A stretch of DNA of 64,000 bases from Spirochaetota bacterium. Its GTDB lineage: Bacteria; Spirochaetota; UBA4802; UBA5550. How positions within the stretch are numbered: the first letter of the stretch is position 1; each line of letters begins with the position of its first letter. Positions 1 through 10,534 of the stretch are shown piece by piece. The notes below the pieces were generated by a model. It was not told the DNA's origin, ran no database searches, and worked only from the letters and a program-made list of their open reading frames with translations. Where the stretch lies: positions 133,659-197,658 of the forward strand of contig JBNKTL010000001.1 in the NCBI GenBank assembly GCA_050298055.1, given 5' to 3'. A program made the position numbers and the translations under genes.

Positions 1-301
1 CCTTGTCGGTGTCCCTTCCCGACCGGGAGCCGCATATTTTCAGGATGTTCCTTTGAGTTTCGGGAAAAAATGAGAGTGTGAAGAGACCGGTCTTTTCAAT
101 AAATTCATAGGTATAGCGTGTGGGCCTGATGTATATCGTGCAGACATTCTTGTGCCAGAGAACGCCGACTCCACCCCATGATGCTGTCATGGTGTTGAAA
201 GAATTCATTTTTCCTGCTGTTATGAGCATCCAGTCTTTTCCGATAAGCCTGAATGGATTTTCGTTAAGGTCCTCAGGTTTTATCTCAGTATAACCTGTCA
301 T
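1..301 (-). CDS. Flavin reductase-like (FMN-binding split barrel) protein, 3' part outside window
   Basis: Hand translation from ATG at 301 (SD AAGGAGG upstream): MTGYTEIKPEDLNENPFRLIGKDWMLITAG...NTMTASWGGVGVLW...RPTRYTYEFI...CGSRSGRDTDK. Not in the ORF track because it is truncated. Confidence 0.85.
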   Translation of the reverse strand, partial: MTGYTEIKPEDLNENPFRLIGKDWMLITAGKMNSFNTMTASWGGVGVLWHKNVCTIYIRPTRYTYEFIEKTGLFTLSFFPETQRNILKICGSRSGRDTDK

Positions 302-313
302 TTTTCCTCCTTT

Positions 314-1060
314 TTATCCCTGCTTTTCAAGGATCTCCTTTGTGAGGTTCATGTAATCGGTTGCCCCGTTGCTGTCAGGTTTATACTCAAATATGGTTTT
401 ACCCCAGCTCGGCGCCTCCTGGAGGGCCACATTGTCACGAATGAGAGTTTTAAAGAGTTTTCCCGGAAGCCTTTTCTTTGTTTCATCGATGACTTCCTGG
501 TTGATGGTTTTCTTAGCGTTGTACATTGTTCCGATGATTCCTGAGATTTCAATATGCTTATTCAGCCGTTTCTTTACCATCTGTACGCCCTCAAAGAGGT
601 TGTACATCCCGTGAAAGGGAAGAAACTGTACCTGCAGGGGAACAAAAATCTCATTGGAAAAGGTCAGCGCATTGAGTGTCAGCACGCCAAGAGAGGGAGG
701 ACAATCAACCAGAACATAGTCGAAGCTGTTCATTTTCTCCAGGGCGTCTTTCAGAAGAAACTCCTTTGCCGGAATGGGAAGAAACTCAAGTCCCTTGAGA
801 TCGGAGTTTGCGGGAATAATTGATATACCGTTCCTGTTTATCAGGGCATCTTCATAGTGGACATCACCTTTAAGGACATCAAACACCGATTTCTTTATTT
901 TGTTGGGGTTGTAGCCGAAGTGATAGGTTGACTGGGCCTGGTGGTCCATATCTACAACCAGGACCTTTTTCTCCATAAGGTGGAGCCCTGCCGCAAGATT
1001 TACCGTGGTGGTTGTTTTCCCAACACCACCTTTGTTGTTAGAAATTGCAATTTTTCTCAT
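314..1060 (-). CDS. parA: ParA/Soj family ATPase
   Basis: Deviant Walker A KGGVGKTTT, DMDHQ, DCPPSLG, EAPSWGK motifs. Confidence 0.93.
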   Translation of the reverse strand: MRKIAISNNKGGVGKTTTTVNLAAGLHLMEKKVLVVDMDHQAQSTYHFGYNPNKIKKSVFDVLKGDVHYEDALINRNGISIIPANSDLKGLEFLPIPAKEFLLKDALEKMNSFDYVLVDCPPSLGVLTLNALTFSNEIFVPLQVQFLPFHGMYNLFEGVQMVKKRLNKHIEISGIIGTMYNAKKTINQEVIDETKKRLPGKLFKTLIRDNVALQEAPSWGKTIFEYKPDSNGATDYMNLTKEILEKQG

Positions 1061-1142
1061 AGAAGATATCCAGAATGGCTTATATTGAAATCACTGCTCT
1101 TTTATGTCAACGAGAAAAGCAGGAGCGGTTTTATCAATGTTT

Positions 1143-2501
1143 TTACTTACCTATGCAGAACCTGCTGAAAATGGAGTTGAGAACATCATCCGGTGTAATC
1201 TCACCTGTAATCTCTGACATCGTGTCCAGGAGGGCCTGAAGTTCAAATGCCACAATCTCTATAGTCTCGTTTTTCTCAATAAGATCTACTACCCTGTACG
1301 CATCCTCAATCCCCTTTTCGATGAGATCAATGACCCGTAAATCTGCTACAAATGAGTTTTCAATATCAACATACTCCCTGTTGAGCATGCCGAAAAGTTC
1401 CTCTTCAAGTTGTTTCAACCCGGAACCGGTTTTGGCGGAAAACCTCACCGTTACTCCTTCCAGAGATCCTTCAATACGGCAGACGGCATTTTCTTCGGCA
1501 ATATCTGTCTTGTTTATCAGGTAGATAACTTTCTTGTTTTTCAGTTTTTCGAAGATATTTCTGTCGGTTTTATCGATACCCGTGACCGCGTCAATGACCA
1601 TGAGGACAATGGCAGCGGTTTTAATTTTTTCCTTGCTCAGCTCTATTCCGATCTTCTCTATCCTGTCACGGGACTTATCAATACCTGCCGTATCGATCAG
1701 GTTTATCTGTATCCCTTTAATATGGATTGCTTCCCGTATCATGTCACGTGTGGTTCCGGGGACTTCCGACACAATTGCTCTTTCCTGGTTGAGAAGGAGG
1801 TTCAGGATGCTCGATTTCCCGACGTTTGGCTTCCCGGTAATGGTGACATCGATACCATGGGTGATCTTCTCCCCTATCCGGCACCTGAGGTGAAGGTCCT
1901 TCAGCTGTTCAAGAAGGTCTTCCGCCCGCTTTCGGGCATCAGTATAAGAGATTATTTCAATCTCCTGGTCGATAAAATCGATACCTGCTTCAACATCTCC
2001 TTTGAGCACAATAATAGCCTCCCGTATTTTCACGATGACTTCCCTGAGAGAACCGTGCATCTGTTTAAGGGCGGTATCAACCTCCCATTCACTCCTGGCT
2101 CTTATTACATGGTTGATGGCTTCTGCTTCCGTAAGGTCTATTTTTCCGTTGAGAAACGCCCTCTTGCTGAACTCGCCCGGTTCAGCCATCCTGATGCCCT
2201 CTGATTTGAGGAGCCTTAAAATACGGTGTACAATGATCTGGTTACCATGGCAGATTATCTCAACCATATCCTCACCGGAAAAACTTCCCGGTGATCTGTA
2301 GGGAACAAGAATCACATCGTCTACGCGGTGTTCTCCGTTATAGATAGAACCGTATACAGCATTTCGGTGTTCGATTTTTTCAGGTTTGTTGAAGATGCGG
2401 GACGCGGCCCTGAATGAGTCAGGACCGCTTATTCTGATTACTGCAAGAGTAGAATTAACCGGCGGTGTTGCCGGCGCACAGATTGTGTCATCATCAATCA
2501 T
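1143..2501 (-). CDS. mnmE: tRNA modification GTPase MnmE (TrmE)
   Basis: GEFSKRAFLNGKIDLTEAEA, GKPNVGKSS, GTTRD, DTAG, NKTD, C-terminal FCIGK. Confidence 0.98.
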   Translation of the reverse strand: MIDDDTICAPATPPVNSTLAVIRISGPDSFRAASRIFNKPEKIEHRNAVYGSIYNGEHRVDDVILVPYRSPGSFSGEDMVEIICHGNQIIVHRILRLLKSEGIRMAEPGEFSKRAFLNGKIDLTEAEAINHVIRARSEWEVDTALKQMHGSLREVIVKIREAIIVLKGDVEAGIDFIDQEIEIISYTDARKRAEDLLEQLKDLHLRCRIGEKITHGIDVTITGKPNVGKSSILNLLLNQERAIVSEVPGTTRDMIREAIHIKGIQINLIDTAGIDKSRDRIEKIGIELSKEKIKTAAIVLMVIDAVTGIDKTDRNIFEKLKNKKVIYLINKTDIAEENAVCRIEGSLEGVTVRFSAKTGSGLKQLEEELFGMLNREYVDIENSFVADLRVIDLIEKGIEDAYRVVDLIEKNETIEIVAFELQALLDTMSEITGEITPDDVLNSIFSRFCIGK

Positions 2502-2507
2502 CGTGAC

Positions 2508-3149
2508 TTATTTATCTGCAGGCATTATCTTGATCTTCCTGTAGATCCCCTGTCCTTCACTTTTTGTGGTTACCCGGTCATCATTTTGTAAAGTAAGGTG
2601 GATCAACCTTCTTTCAAAGGGATTCATGGGTTCCAGGGTCCAGGGTTTTCCCGATTTATTGACCTTAAAGGCAATGTCTTTGGACATCTTTCTCAGGGCC
2701 TTTTCTCTCTTTTCCCGGTAGAGTTCAATATCAAGTATCACTTTTTTGTCACTCCCGGTCCGGTTGTTCACCATGAGATTGACCATAAATTGAAGTGCCT
2801 CAAGTGTCTTACCCTTTCTTCCGATTAAAAGCCCGGAATTAGTGGCGCTTTCGAGCTCAACATAGACCTTGGTCTCACTCTCCTTAATGTCCTTAATACT
2901 ACCGTCGATACCCATGAGGCCTATTATTTTTTTTATTATCTCTTCAGTCTCTTTCCTGATCTCAACGGTATTTTCATTGTAGTAGAGACGTACCTTTGCA
3001 GGCCGGGAAATTCCCAGCCCGAATATCCCGCTCTTTCCCTTGTCTGTTACTTCTATATTTACTCTGGATGCATCCTTAATTCCCAGTTCGGCAAGAGCCT
3101 TCTTTGTTGCTTCATCAACGGTCCTTCCTTCTACCTCTATAACCTTCAT
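2508..3149 (-). CDS. jag: Jag/EloR (KhpB) RNA-binding protein (Jag_N, KH, R3H)
   Basis: EGRTVDEA N-terminus, LIGRKGKTLEALQ KH motif, PMNPFERRLIH R3H motif; synteny with yidC and mnmE. Confidence 0.96.
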   Translation of the reverse strand: MKVIEVEGRTVDEATKKALAELGIKDASRVNIEVTDKGKSGIFGLGISRPAKVRLYYNENTVEIRKETEEIIKKIIGLMGIDGSIKDIKESETKVYVELESATNSGLLIGRKGKTLEALQFMVNLMVNNRTGSDKKVILDIELYREKREKALRKMSKDIAFKVNKSGKPWTLEPMNPFERRLIHLTLQNDDRVTTKSEGQGIYRKIKIMPADK

Positions 3150-3171
3150 GTCACATCTCCTGATTTATAAT

Positions 3172-4854
3172 TTATGCGGCAGCCGCTTCTTTCTTCTTAT
3201 TCACATAAAGCTGGTGAAGCACCTGAAACAGGTTCTGCAGTGTCCAGTAGAGAACGAGCCCGGAAGGCATTGACCAGAAGATGAAAATAAATATTATCGG
3301 CATCATCATCATCATCATTTTCTGCTGCTGACCAGTATCAACAGTTGTCAGTCTCTGCTGGAGAAAAGTCGACACTGTCATCAGTATGGGCAGGATATTC
3401 AGGTTGTATCCGGAAATAACGGCAACAGTATCCGGCATGGAGAGGTCCTTAATCCAGAAGATAAAAGGAGCATTCCAGAGGTCAATTGATCCTATAAGCG
3501 CGCTGTAGAGACCAAAGAAGAAAGGCATCTGCAGAAGCATGGGAAAACATCCTCCCAGGGGATTAACCTTGTGTTCCTTATAAAGGGCCAGCGTCTCCTG
3601 CTGGATCATTTCAGGCTTGTCCTTGTACTTTGCTTTGATCTCATTGATCTTGGGTGATAGTGCCTGCATCTTTTTCATAGACTCGGTGGACTTAAGTGTC
3701 AGCGGCATAAAGACAATCTTGGTCATCAGTGAAAAAAGGACAAGCGCCCATCCAAGGTTGCCGAAGATACCGTAGAGTCCCATAAGGCTCCAGTTTACAA
3801 AGTACCTGATCGGTTCAATCCATTTACTCACATCGGCAGCTTCAACAATGGATTTACTGACCATCCCGAGCTTGTCCTTGTTCTTCTCACCCAGGTAGAT
3901 CTTAAACGGTTTAATAACCTCAGACCGGGCATTGACTTTTTTCAGGGAAACAGAGATCCCGGTTCTGAAGCCGCTACCTTTCCGTCCGTCGGTGATCATC
4001 TCGTTTCCGCTGAATTCTTCCGGGATCATGATGATAACCATATACCTGCTCATAATCCCTATCCAGTTGATGGTCCCTGTTTTTTTGTTTACAATACCGC
4101 CCTTGGAGAAAAAGCCTCCGCTCTTTCCCGCCTTTTCAAATTCACCATCCATTGAATAAATGCCGGAGAGCATGTTATATGTATTACTGTAGTTAAGCTT
4201 CGGACCGATCAAATCCGATGGTGAGACAATAAATCTTTTTTCCGAGAATGAAATATCCTTATCGGTCCTGTTGATAAACCTGTATTCCAATTTGAAGTTA
4301 TAGCTTTTACTGTCAAAACTATAAACTTTCTGAATCAGGAGGGGGATGTTGTCGATGCTTACCTCGGTCTGGTAAATAAGAGTGTTTCCTTCGGAACCGG
4401 CAACCGACCAGTTTATCTCATCTATATCGCTTCCGTTGAGAAACTCGTCTTCATCAAAGTGAACTGAAAAATCAAAAAGACCCTTTGACTTATAGGGATT
4501 TTCCGGAACCGTTAATTCAAGAAAATTCCCGTCTTTATCTTTTCTCTCTTTAAACTTAACGCTTTTAACAGAAGCTCCCCTGTTGGTGAGGGTAACAATG
4601 AACTTATCGGATTCAATGACACGGGTTACTTCCTTCGGTTCACCTGTGCTTTTCTTCCTGAACCGTACGGTTTTTTCCGGGGTTTTTTTTCTGCTGAGTT
4701 CTTCAGGTGAAGCTGCTTTCTTCTTACCGGTTGCAACTTCTTCAGTTACTGTGGTTTCTTTCTTTGGCAGTTCTTTTTTTGGCGGATTAATCCTGAACCA
4801 GATTATCCATACCAACACTATTAAACCGAGAGCTAATAATGTCTTTCTATCCAT
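3172..4854 (-). CDS. yidC: Membrane protein insertase YidC
   Basis: N-terminal TM, periplasmic domain, GGCFPMLLQMPFF, WIKDLSMPD, PSGLVLYW. Confidence 0.97.
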   Translation of the reverse strand: MDRKTLLALGLIVLVWIIWFRINPPKKELPKKETTVTEEVATGKKKAASPEELSRKKTPEKTVRFRKKSTGEPKEVTRVIESDKFIVTLTNRGASVKSVKFKERKDKDGNFLELTVPENPYKSKGLFDFSVHFDEDEFLNGSDIDEINWSVAGSEGNTLIYQTEVSIDNIPLLIQKVYSFDSKSYNFKLEYRFINRTDKDISFSEKRFIVSPSDLIGPKLNYSNTYNMLSGIYSMDGEFEKAGKSGGFFSKGGIVNKKTGTINWIGIMSRYMVIIMIPEEFSGNEMITDGRKGSGFRTGISVSLKKVNARSEVIKPFKIYLGEKNKDKLGMVSKSIVEAADVSKWIEPIRYFVNWSLMGLYGIFGNLGWALVLFSLMTKIVFMPLTLKSTESMKKMQALSPKINEIKAKYKDKPEMIQQETLALYKEHKVNPLGGCFPMLLQMPFFFGLYSALIGSIDLWNAPFIFWIKDLSMPDTVAVISGYNLNILPILMTVSTFLQQRLTTVDTGQQQKMMMMMMPIIFIFIFWSMPSGLVLYWTLQNLFQVLHQLYVNKKKEAAAA

Positions 4855-4928
4855 AATATAATCCCTTTAATTGTTTTTTCTTCTTCATTAACAGCTAAGA
4901 GGGACATATTCTTTGTATCAGGGAGAAT

Positions 4929-5207
4929 TCATTTAATTAAAGAAAAGCGTTCAGGGACAGGGTCATGTCCTCCTCTGTGAATAGGGTTGCAGGAAACAAT
5001 CCTTTTTGCAGAAAGGATTCCACCCTTTATGAAGCCATGTTTTTTGAATGCTTCCATAGAGTAAGTTGAACATGTGGGATAAAATCTGCAGGATGGCCTG
5101 AGCATCGGAGATATTAATACCTTGTATATTTTTACAAGCAAAATGGCGCTGTAAGTCAATACCATGCTTAATATATCTATTATCCTGTTAATTATTGTCA
5201 TTATCAA
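4929..5207 (-). CDS. yidD: Membrane protein insertion efficiency factor YidD
   Basis: [10 protein letters not shown] and [13 protein letters not shown] motifs. Confidence 0.95.
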   Translation of the reverse strand: MIMTIINRIIDILSMVLTYSAILLVKIYKVLISPMLRPSCRFYPTCSTYSMEAFKKHGFIKGGILSAKRIVSCNPIHRGGHDPVPERFSLIK

Positions 5208-5577
5208 TTACTCCACTTTCTTTGAGTAAATATCGGATATTTTCTTTCAGTTCCAGGTAGGTGTAATCCAGTGCTTCAATTCCCGGTCTGATTACAATCC
5301 AGTTCTCTTTTTTTAATTCATCGAGAAATTCGTTTAAGATTGATTTGATTTTCCTCTTTAATGAGTTTCTTGTAACCGCATTGCCGACTTTCCTGTCTAT
5401 GGTAATTCCTATCCTGATTTCTCTTCCACTTTCGATGCCGTTCAAATCACTGTACAGAGTAACCTTTTTTTGATTGTTTATGACAAATATCCGTAAACCC
5501 TTTATCCTGAATTTTTTTCCTTTTCTGTAAATTTCCTTAAATGACTTTCTTCCTTTTAAAGAATATAGCCTCTTCAC
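5188..5577 (-). CDS. rnpA: Ribonuclease P protein component
   Basis: [21 protein letters not shown] (RNR-type motif); position between rpmH and yidD. Confidence 0.93.
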   Translation of the reverse strand: MKRLYSLKGRKSFKEIYRKGKKFRIKGLRIFVINNQKKVTLYSDLNGIESGREIRIGITIDRKVGNAVTRNSLKRKIKSILNEFLDELKKENWIVIRPGIEALDYTYLELKENIRYLLKESGVIDNDNN

Positions 5578-5589
5578 TTTACATTAATA

Positions 5590-5748
5590 TTACTTGGGTA
5601 ATCTCTTTTCATCAGAGACCGTCAGTTTGTGTCTCCCTTTCAGTCTTCTTCTCTGAAGCACTTTTCTTCCACCGGCTGAACTCATTCTTGACAAAAATCC
5701 ATGTTTTCTGTTTCTTTTAATCCTGCTTGGTTGAAATGTTCTCTTCAT
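5590..5748 (-). CDS. rpmH: 50S ribosomal protein L34 (52 aa, below ORF-track cutoff)
   Basis: Hand translation [52 protein letters not shown]; the TVSDEK extension resembles spirochete L34. Confidence 0.98.
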   Translation of the reverse strand: MKRTFQPSRIKRNRKHGFLSRMSSAGGRKVLQRRRLKGRHKLTVSDEKRLPK

Positions 5749-5826
5749 TTAAGTTACCTCTTATATATATTAATAAAATTTCAGATTGCCCATTTATAAT
5801 TCATGCACTTGAAAAGATAAATTACA

Positions 5827-5855
5827 AAAATATTTTGATGCCCTTTATTTGTCAA
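5827..5855 (-). promoter_or_regulatory. Putative sigma70 promoter for the rpmH operon
   Basis: Minus strand TTGACA (5855-5850), 17-bp spacer, TATTTT (5832-5827). Confidence 0.55.
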
Positions 5856-5969
5856 TAAAAACTTGGATTAAATCGTATCAGCAATGCCCCGCCGCCGAAG
5901 GCGGCGGGGCATATAAATTATGCTTTTAATGAATATCGTTATTATTTATACTCACAGCTGATTAGTAAT
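5856..5969 (+). repeat. Family A MITE-like element, copy 1 (left arm truncated)
   Basis: Central hairpin ATGCCCCGCCGCC-GAA-GGCGGCGGGGCAT (5884-5912); right end AGCTGATTAGTAAT. Confidence 0.8.
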
Positions 5970-6003
5970 TAATATTTTAATAATATCACCGATTAATGGC
6001 CAA

Positions 6004-7095
6004 TTATACCTCTATTGAAGAATCAATAATCCCTCCTCCGAGAACAATCTCCCCGTCATAGAGGACAACGGTCTGTCCCGGTGTAACAGAGAGTTGCGGT
6101 TCATCAAAGATAATACTCATATCGTCACTTTCTTCGGTCCTGATAACTGCATCCGCTTCCCTGTGGGCCTGCCTTATCTTGGCCTTCACCTTCTGCAGAT
6201 CATAAAGCCTGTGAACAGAGATCAGGTTGAAATCTCTTGCCCGGAGCCCCTTTGAAAAAAGGTGTTCCTTCTCACCGGCCACAATCTTTCGGCCCGGAGC
6301 ATCTATTTTAAGGACATAGAGGGGTTTTGCCGCACTTATTCCAAGTCCTCTCCTCTGCCCTATAGTATAGTTTATGATTCCTTTGTGTTTTCCGATAATA
6401 TTTCCTTCTCTATCGACAATATCACCCGGTTTGAAGTCCTCTTCATGAAAGAGAGGGCTGTAATCTCCTCCTGAGATAAAATCCTGGCTGTCCCTTCTTT
6501 CCGCGGAGAGAAGGTTATACTTTCGCGCAAGCTCTCTTACTTCACTTTTCATCATATTTCCCAGGGGAAAAAAGACTGAGGAAAGCTGATCTCTTTTAAG
6601 ACCGGAAAGAAAGTAGGACTGGTCACGGGACGGGTCCGATCCCTTTTTTAATACCAGGCGGTCCGGGCCCTCCTTCTCGATCCGTGCATAGTGGCCGGTG
6701 GCATAGTAATCGAAATCAATACCCATTTTCCTTGCCTTTTCCAGCATAAATCCAAATTTCATGGACCTGTTACATCTCACACAGGGATTGGGGGTCCTGC
6801 CGCTTATATATTCTTTTTTAAAGTACTCAAGGACGTTTAGCCGGTATTCCTCCCTCAGGTCAATAATGTGATGGCTGATCCCGAGAGAACGGCAAATTTC
6901 CGCTGCAGCTTCAAGGTCTGCTTCTTCATTGGGACCAAAACATGCGTCTTTTGCGTTCTCATCAATCTCAAAGGACCCGTCCCAGATGGCCATGGTGAAA
7001 CCAATGACATGATAATCCTTTTCCTTCATTAGAGCGGCGACAACCGATGAGTCCACACCGCCGCTTATTCCAACTGCAACAACAGGCTTTTTCAT
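6004..7095 (-). CDS. mnmA: tRNA 2-thiouridine(34) synthase MnmA
   Basis: SGGVDSS PP-loop, TPNPCVRCN, ATGHYA, DQSYFL, YTIGQRRGLG, VTPGQ. Confidence 0.96.
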   Translation of the reverse strand: MKKPVVAVGISGGVDSSVVAALMKEKDYHVIGFTMAIWDGSFEIDENAKDACFGPNEEADLEAAAEICRSLGISHHIIDLREEYRLNVLEYFKKEYISGRTPNPCVRCNRSMKFGFMLEKARKMGIDFDYYATGHYARIEKEGPDRLVLKKGSDPSRDQSYFLSGLKRDQLSSVFFPLGNMMKSEVRELARKYNLLSAERRDSQDFISGGDYSPLFHEEDFKPGDIVDREGNIIGKHKGIINYTIGQRRGLGISAAKPLYVLKIDAPGRKIVAGEKEHLFSKGLRARDFNLISVHRLYDLQKVKAKIRQAHREADAVIRTEESDDMSIIFDEPQLSVTPGQTVVLYDGEIVLGGGIIDSSIEV

Positions 7096-8390
7096 TAAGT
7101 ACTTTTCCTTAGACCTGAGTCTAATGCCTCCAGGATGTCATCAATGTGCTCAATTCCAACTGAGAGCCTTATAAGATCCGGGGCCAGTCCGCTGGCTGAC
7201 TGTTCCTCTTCACTGAGCTGAGCATGGGAAGTGCTTGAGGGGTGCAGGATAAGGCTCTTTGAATCACCCACATTGGCAAGGTGTGAAAAGAGACCGATAT
7301 TATTAATCAGTTTTACTGCGGCATCATAGCCCCCGTCAATACCAAAAACAACCATTCCGCCGTAACCGTTTTTAAAATACCGTGAAGCGACCTCATGGGA
7401 TGGATCATCTTCCAGACCCGGATATCTCACCCACTTTACCTTTGAGTGTTTAACAAGGAACCTGGCAACAGCATCAGCATTTTCACAGTGCCTCTCCATC
7501 CTGAGGTTTAGGGTTTCTATCCCCTGAAGAAAGATCCACGCGTTATCCGGCGAAATGCATGCGCCGAGGTTCCTCAGGGGTACCAGTCTCATTCTGAGAA
7601 TAAAGGCAAGGTGTGACAGATCCCCGAGATCATGCGCGAACCTGAGGCCCCCGTAACTCTCATCGGGCTCATTGTAAAGTGAGAATTTGCCGTGCCCCCA
7701 GTTGAACTTTCCGGAATCAATGACGATTCCCCCGATACCCGCCCCATGACCGCCCAGCCATTTTGTCAGTGAGTGCACAACAATATCCGCCCCATGTTCC
7801 AGGGGTTTCAGGAGTGCCGGTGTAGCAAAGGTAGCATCCACAAGAAAAGGGAGGCCGTGCTTTTTAGCAATGGCAGATATCTTTTCAAAGTCGGGCACTC
7901 CCAGTAAAGGGTTGCCAATAGATTCTGCAAAAACAGCACGTGTCTTTTCGTTAATGGCATTTTCCAGTTCTTCGGGCCTGTCATGGTTTACAAACCGGAC
8001 CTTTATATTAAACTGGGGGAGTATGTTGTTGAACATGGTGTATGTTCCCCCGTAGAGGTTGTTCATTGATACCACCTCATCTCCGGAACTGCAGATGTTT
8101 ATAATGGAGTAAAAGATAGCAGATGTCCCGGAAGAGAGGGCCAGGGCGCCCGCTCCTCCCTCAAGGAGGGCCATCCTCTTTTCGAGAATGTCCTGGGTGG
8201 GATTCATGATCCGTGTATAGATATTACCCGGTTCCTTTAAAGAGAAGAGGTTAGCCGCATGTTCCGTATTTTCAAATACATATGAACTGGTTCTGTACAC
8301 GGGAACTGCCCGTGACCTGGTTACAGGGTCCGGTTCTGTCCCCCCATGAAGCAGAAGTGTTTCCTGCCTGTATCTGTTTGTATCACTCAT
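7095..8390 (-). CDS. metY: O-acetylhomoserine aminocarboxypropyltransferase/sulfhydrylase (MetY/Met17 family)
   Basis: GNIYTRIMNPT, HSLTKWLGGHG PLP lysine, HLANVGDSKSLILHP, IRLSVGIE. Confidence 0.93.
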   Translation of the reverse strand: MSDTNRYRQETLLLHGGTEPDPVTRSRAVPVYRTSSYVFENTEHAANLFSLKEPGNIYTRIMNPTQDILEKRMALLEGGAGALALSSGTSAIFYSIINICSSGDEVVSMNNLYGGTYTMFNNILPQFNIKVRFVNHDRPEELENAINEKTRAVFAESIGNPLLGVPDFEKISAIAKKHGLPFLVDATFATPALLKPLEHGADIVVHSLTKWLGGHGAGIGGIVIDSGKFNWGHGKFSLYNEPDESYGGLRFAHDLGDLSHLAFILRMRLVPLRNLGACISPDNAWIFLQGIETLNLRMERHCENADAVARFLVKHSKVKWVRYPGLEDDPSHEVASRYFKNGYGGMVVFGIDGGYDAAVKLINNIGLFSHLANVGDSKSLILHPSSTSHAQLSEEEQSASGLAPDLIRLSVGIEHIDDILEALDSGLRKST

Positions 8391-8425
8391 AATATGCTCC
8401 TTTGAATCATTTTTTCTCTGTTATT

Positions 8426-9349
8426 TCAGTTAAAAAGGTCAGTAGAAAGATATCTCTCTCCTGTATCCGGGAGAAGCACAACTATCAGATTATTACGGTG
8501 CTCCTTCCTCTTTCCCACCTCAATAGCAGCGTAAAGAGCAGCCCCCGAGGATATCCCGCAGAAGATACCCTCTTCCCTGGCAAGTTTACGTGAGGTATCG
8601 GCAGCAGATTCGTTGCTCACTTTCACAATTTCATCAATTATGTCCCGGTTCAGGACATCAGGTATGAAACCCGCACCTATCCCCTGGATCTTATGCGGTC
8701 CCGCCTTGCCCCCTGACAGTACCGGGGAATCAGCAGGTTCAACTGCAATAACTTTAATCCCCTTATTCTTCTTTTTCAGGGCTTCACCGGTCCCGGTTAT
8801 GGTTCCGCCTGTCCCAACACCGGCTATAAAAATATCAACCTTTCCGTCAGTATCGTCCCAGATCTCTTCAGCAGTAGTATTTCTGTGTATTTCAGGATTT
8901 GCGGGATTTTGAAACTGCTGGAGCATAATATGGTTTTCATTGTTTTTAACAAGCTCCTTTGCCTTTTTTATGGCTCCCGGCATACCCTCCTTTCCCGGGG
9001 TAAGGATAAGTTCCGCACCCAGTGCTGTCAGAAGTTTTCTTCTTTCAATACTCATGGTATCGGGCATTGTCAGAATGAGTTTGTATCCCTTTGAAGCGGA
9101 GATGAAAGCAAGGGCTATCCCAGTATTCCCGCTTGTGGGTTCAACAAGGACCGTATTCTCCTTAATCTCACCCTTCTCCTCGGCGCTTTTTATCATAGCA
9201 TAGCCAATCCTGTCTTTCACACTGGACATTGGATTAAACGACTCCAGCTTGACAACAATATCTGCTCCGCTATCCCTTGTTATCCTCTTGAGCCTTACCA
9301 GGGGTGTTCCCCCGATAGTATCACCTATTGTCTCGAATATTCCGGACAT
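8426..9349 (-). CDS. cysK: Cysteine synthase A
   Basis: SVKDRIG PLP lysine, [32 protein letters not shown]. Confidence 0.97.
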   Translation of the reverse strand: MSGIFETIGDTIGGTPLVRLKRITRDSGADIVVKLESFNPMSSVKDRIGYAMIKSAEEKGEIKENTVLVEPTSGNTGIALAFISASKGYKLILTMPDTMSIERRKLLTALGAELILTPGKEGMPGAIKKAKELVKNNENHIMLQQFQNPANPEIHRNTTAEEIWDDTDGKVDIFIAGVGTGGTITGTGEALKKKNKGIKVIAVEPADSPVLSGGKAGPHKIQGIGAGFIPDVLNRDIIDEIVKVSNESAADTSRKLAREEGIFCGISSGAALYAAIEVGKRKEHRNNLIVVLLPDTGERYLSTDLFN

Positions 9350-9369
9350 GAGTCCCTCCTGATTTTTTA

Positions 9370-9819
9370 CTAGATATAGTACATCCCGTCTGAACTTTTT
9401 GTATTCTTTTTCTTCATCTCATCTTCGGCCAGCTTCTTAAGTGTAACTCCCAGAAGAAAATTCTGTACAGCCGATTCGTAATCCATCCAGAAGTCCTTTG
9501 CCGCGCACAGGTTTATGCGATCACATATATCGGAATCATCAAAGCACTCCAGATCCACGATCTTTGAATCAAAAGCCAGGAAAATATCGTTAACTGTTAT
9601 CCTGTGAGCATCACGGGTTAGTTTATACCCGCTCTTTTTCCCCTTTACATTTTTTATCAGCCCTGAGACTTTGAGTGCTGAAATAATATGGTCCAGATAT
9701 TTGTCTGAAATACACTGGTTCCTGGCGATCTCTTTCTGGAGCATCCCCTTATCCGGATCGGCAAGTGCAAGCTCAATCATTGCTCTCAATCCATACCTTA
9801 ACTTTGTATTAATCTTCAT
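9370..9819 (-). CDS. Rrf2 family transcriptional regulator (IscR/CymR-like) with three C-terminal Cys
   Basis: [27 protein letters not shown] winged helix; C-x6-C-x5-C. Confidence 0.92.
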   Translation of the reverse strand: MKINTKLRYGLRAMIELALADPDKGMLQKEIARNQCISDKYLDHIISALKVSGLIKNVKGKKSGYKLTRDAHRITVNDIFLAFDSKIVDLECFDDSDICDRINLCAAKDFWMDYESAVQNFLLGVTLKKLAEDEMKKKNTKSSDGMYYI

Positions 9820-9831
9820 TATTATTTCCTA

Positions 9832-9854
9832 TATCCTACAAGATATATAGGATA
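9832..9854. promoter_or_regulatory. Putative Rrf2 operator 1
   Basis: Inverted repeat TATCCTA-N9-TAGGATA just upstream of the Rrf2 start. Confidence 0.6.
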
Positions 9855-9907
9855 AGTATATTCGACATCAAATTTGTCAAATAAATTTTAAAAAATAATT
9901 ACCTATA

Positions 9908-9931
9908 AATCCTATCATATTAGTTGACTTA
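9908..9931. promoter_or_regulatory. Putative Rrf2 operator 2, overlapping a + strand -35 (TTGACT 9924-9929)
   Basis: AATCCTATCATATTAGTTGACTTA shares the ATCCTA half-site and spacing with operator 1. Confidence 0.45.
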
Positions 9932-9993
9932 ATTTAAATATTTTGTATATTATTAATTGTTTAAAAAGCACTAAAGGATCATTAAATAAATCA

Positions 9994-10404
9994 ATGAAAA
10001 TCAAGGCAATCTTCCTGATATGTATTTCATCATATGTTCTTTTTCTCCTCCCTATTACCTCAGGTAAGATAATAGATGTATGCACATGTGCCGGCCATAA
10101 AAAATTTCACCAACAATATGCCGTAAATATAAGATCCATGTCTGTTTTATCATCTGATAAAATATGCTGCTGCAATAACGACAAAAGGAAATGCGCCATC
10201 AATCATGAGAGAAGGAATATCCAATTTTTTGCCATACTTCTTAAAACCGAAAGGTCACAGATATTTAAAACAGGGAAAACTTCTTTACCGGTAGTTCTGC
10301 TCTACAGGGCAAGGGCTCCTGATAAACGGATTTTTTACTCACTAAAACTTTTAAAAATACAATTAAGACCATTATATCTTCATAATTCCTCATTCCTTTG
10401 CTGA
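9994..10404 (+). CDS. Small Cys-rich hypothetical exported/membrane protein
   Basis: ORF 9943-10404, likely ATG 9994; hydrophobic N-terminus, CTC and CCC clusters; heads the DUF2318/ABC cluster. Confidence 0.55.
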   Translation: MKIKAIFLICISSYVLFLLPITSGKIIDVCTCAGHKKFHQQYAVNIRSMSVLSSDKICCCNNDKRKCAINHERRNIQFFAILLKTERSQIFKTGKTSLPVVLLYRARAPDKRIFYSLKLLKIQLRPLYLHNSSFLC

Positions 10405-10534
10405 TACAGTATTCTCTTGTCATTCAAAACGGTTAATTAATCTGCTTAACGATAATAAATGATTCAGATTCTAATAAATGAGAGAATCATATTACTAATA
10501 TAATTTTATAAAAATGTAAGAACAGGAGATAACA

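Noticed and set aside
3301..3318. (CAT)6 microsatellite as a phase-variation tract
   Set aside because: It is an in-frame triplet encoding the Met-rich QQKMM...MP segment normal for YidC.
5749..6003. oriC upstream of rpmH
   Set aside because: AT-rich, but I saw no TTATCCACA-type DnaA-box cluster and there is no dnaA. The region is explained by a promoter and a family A copy.
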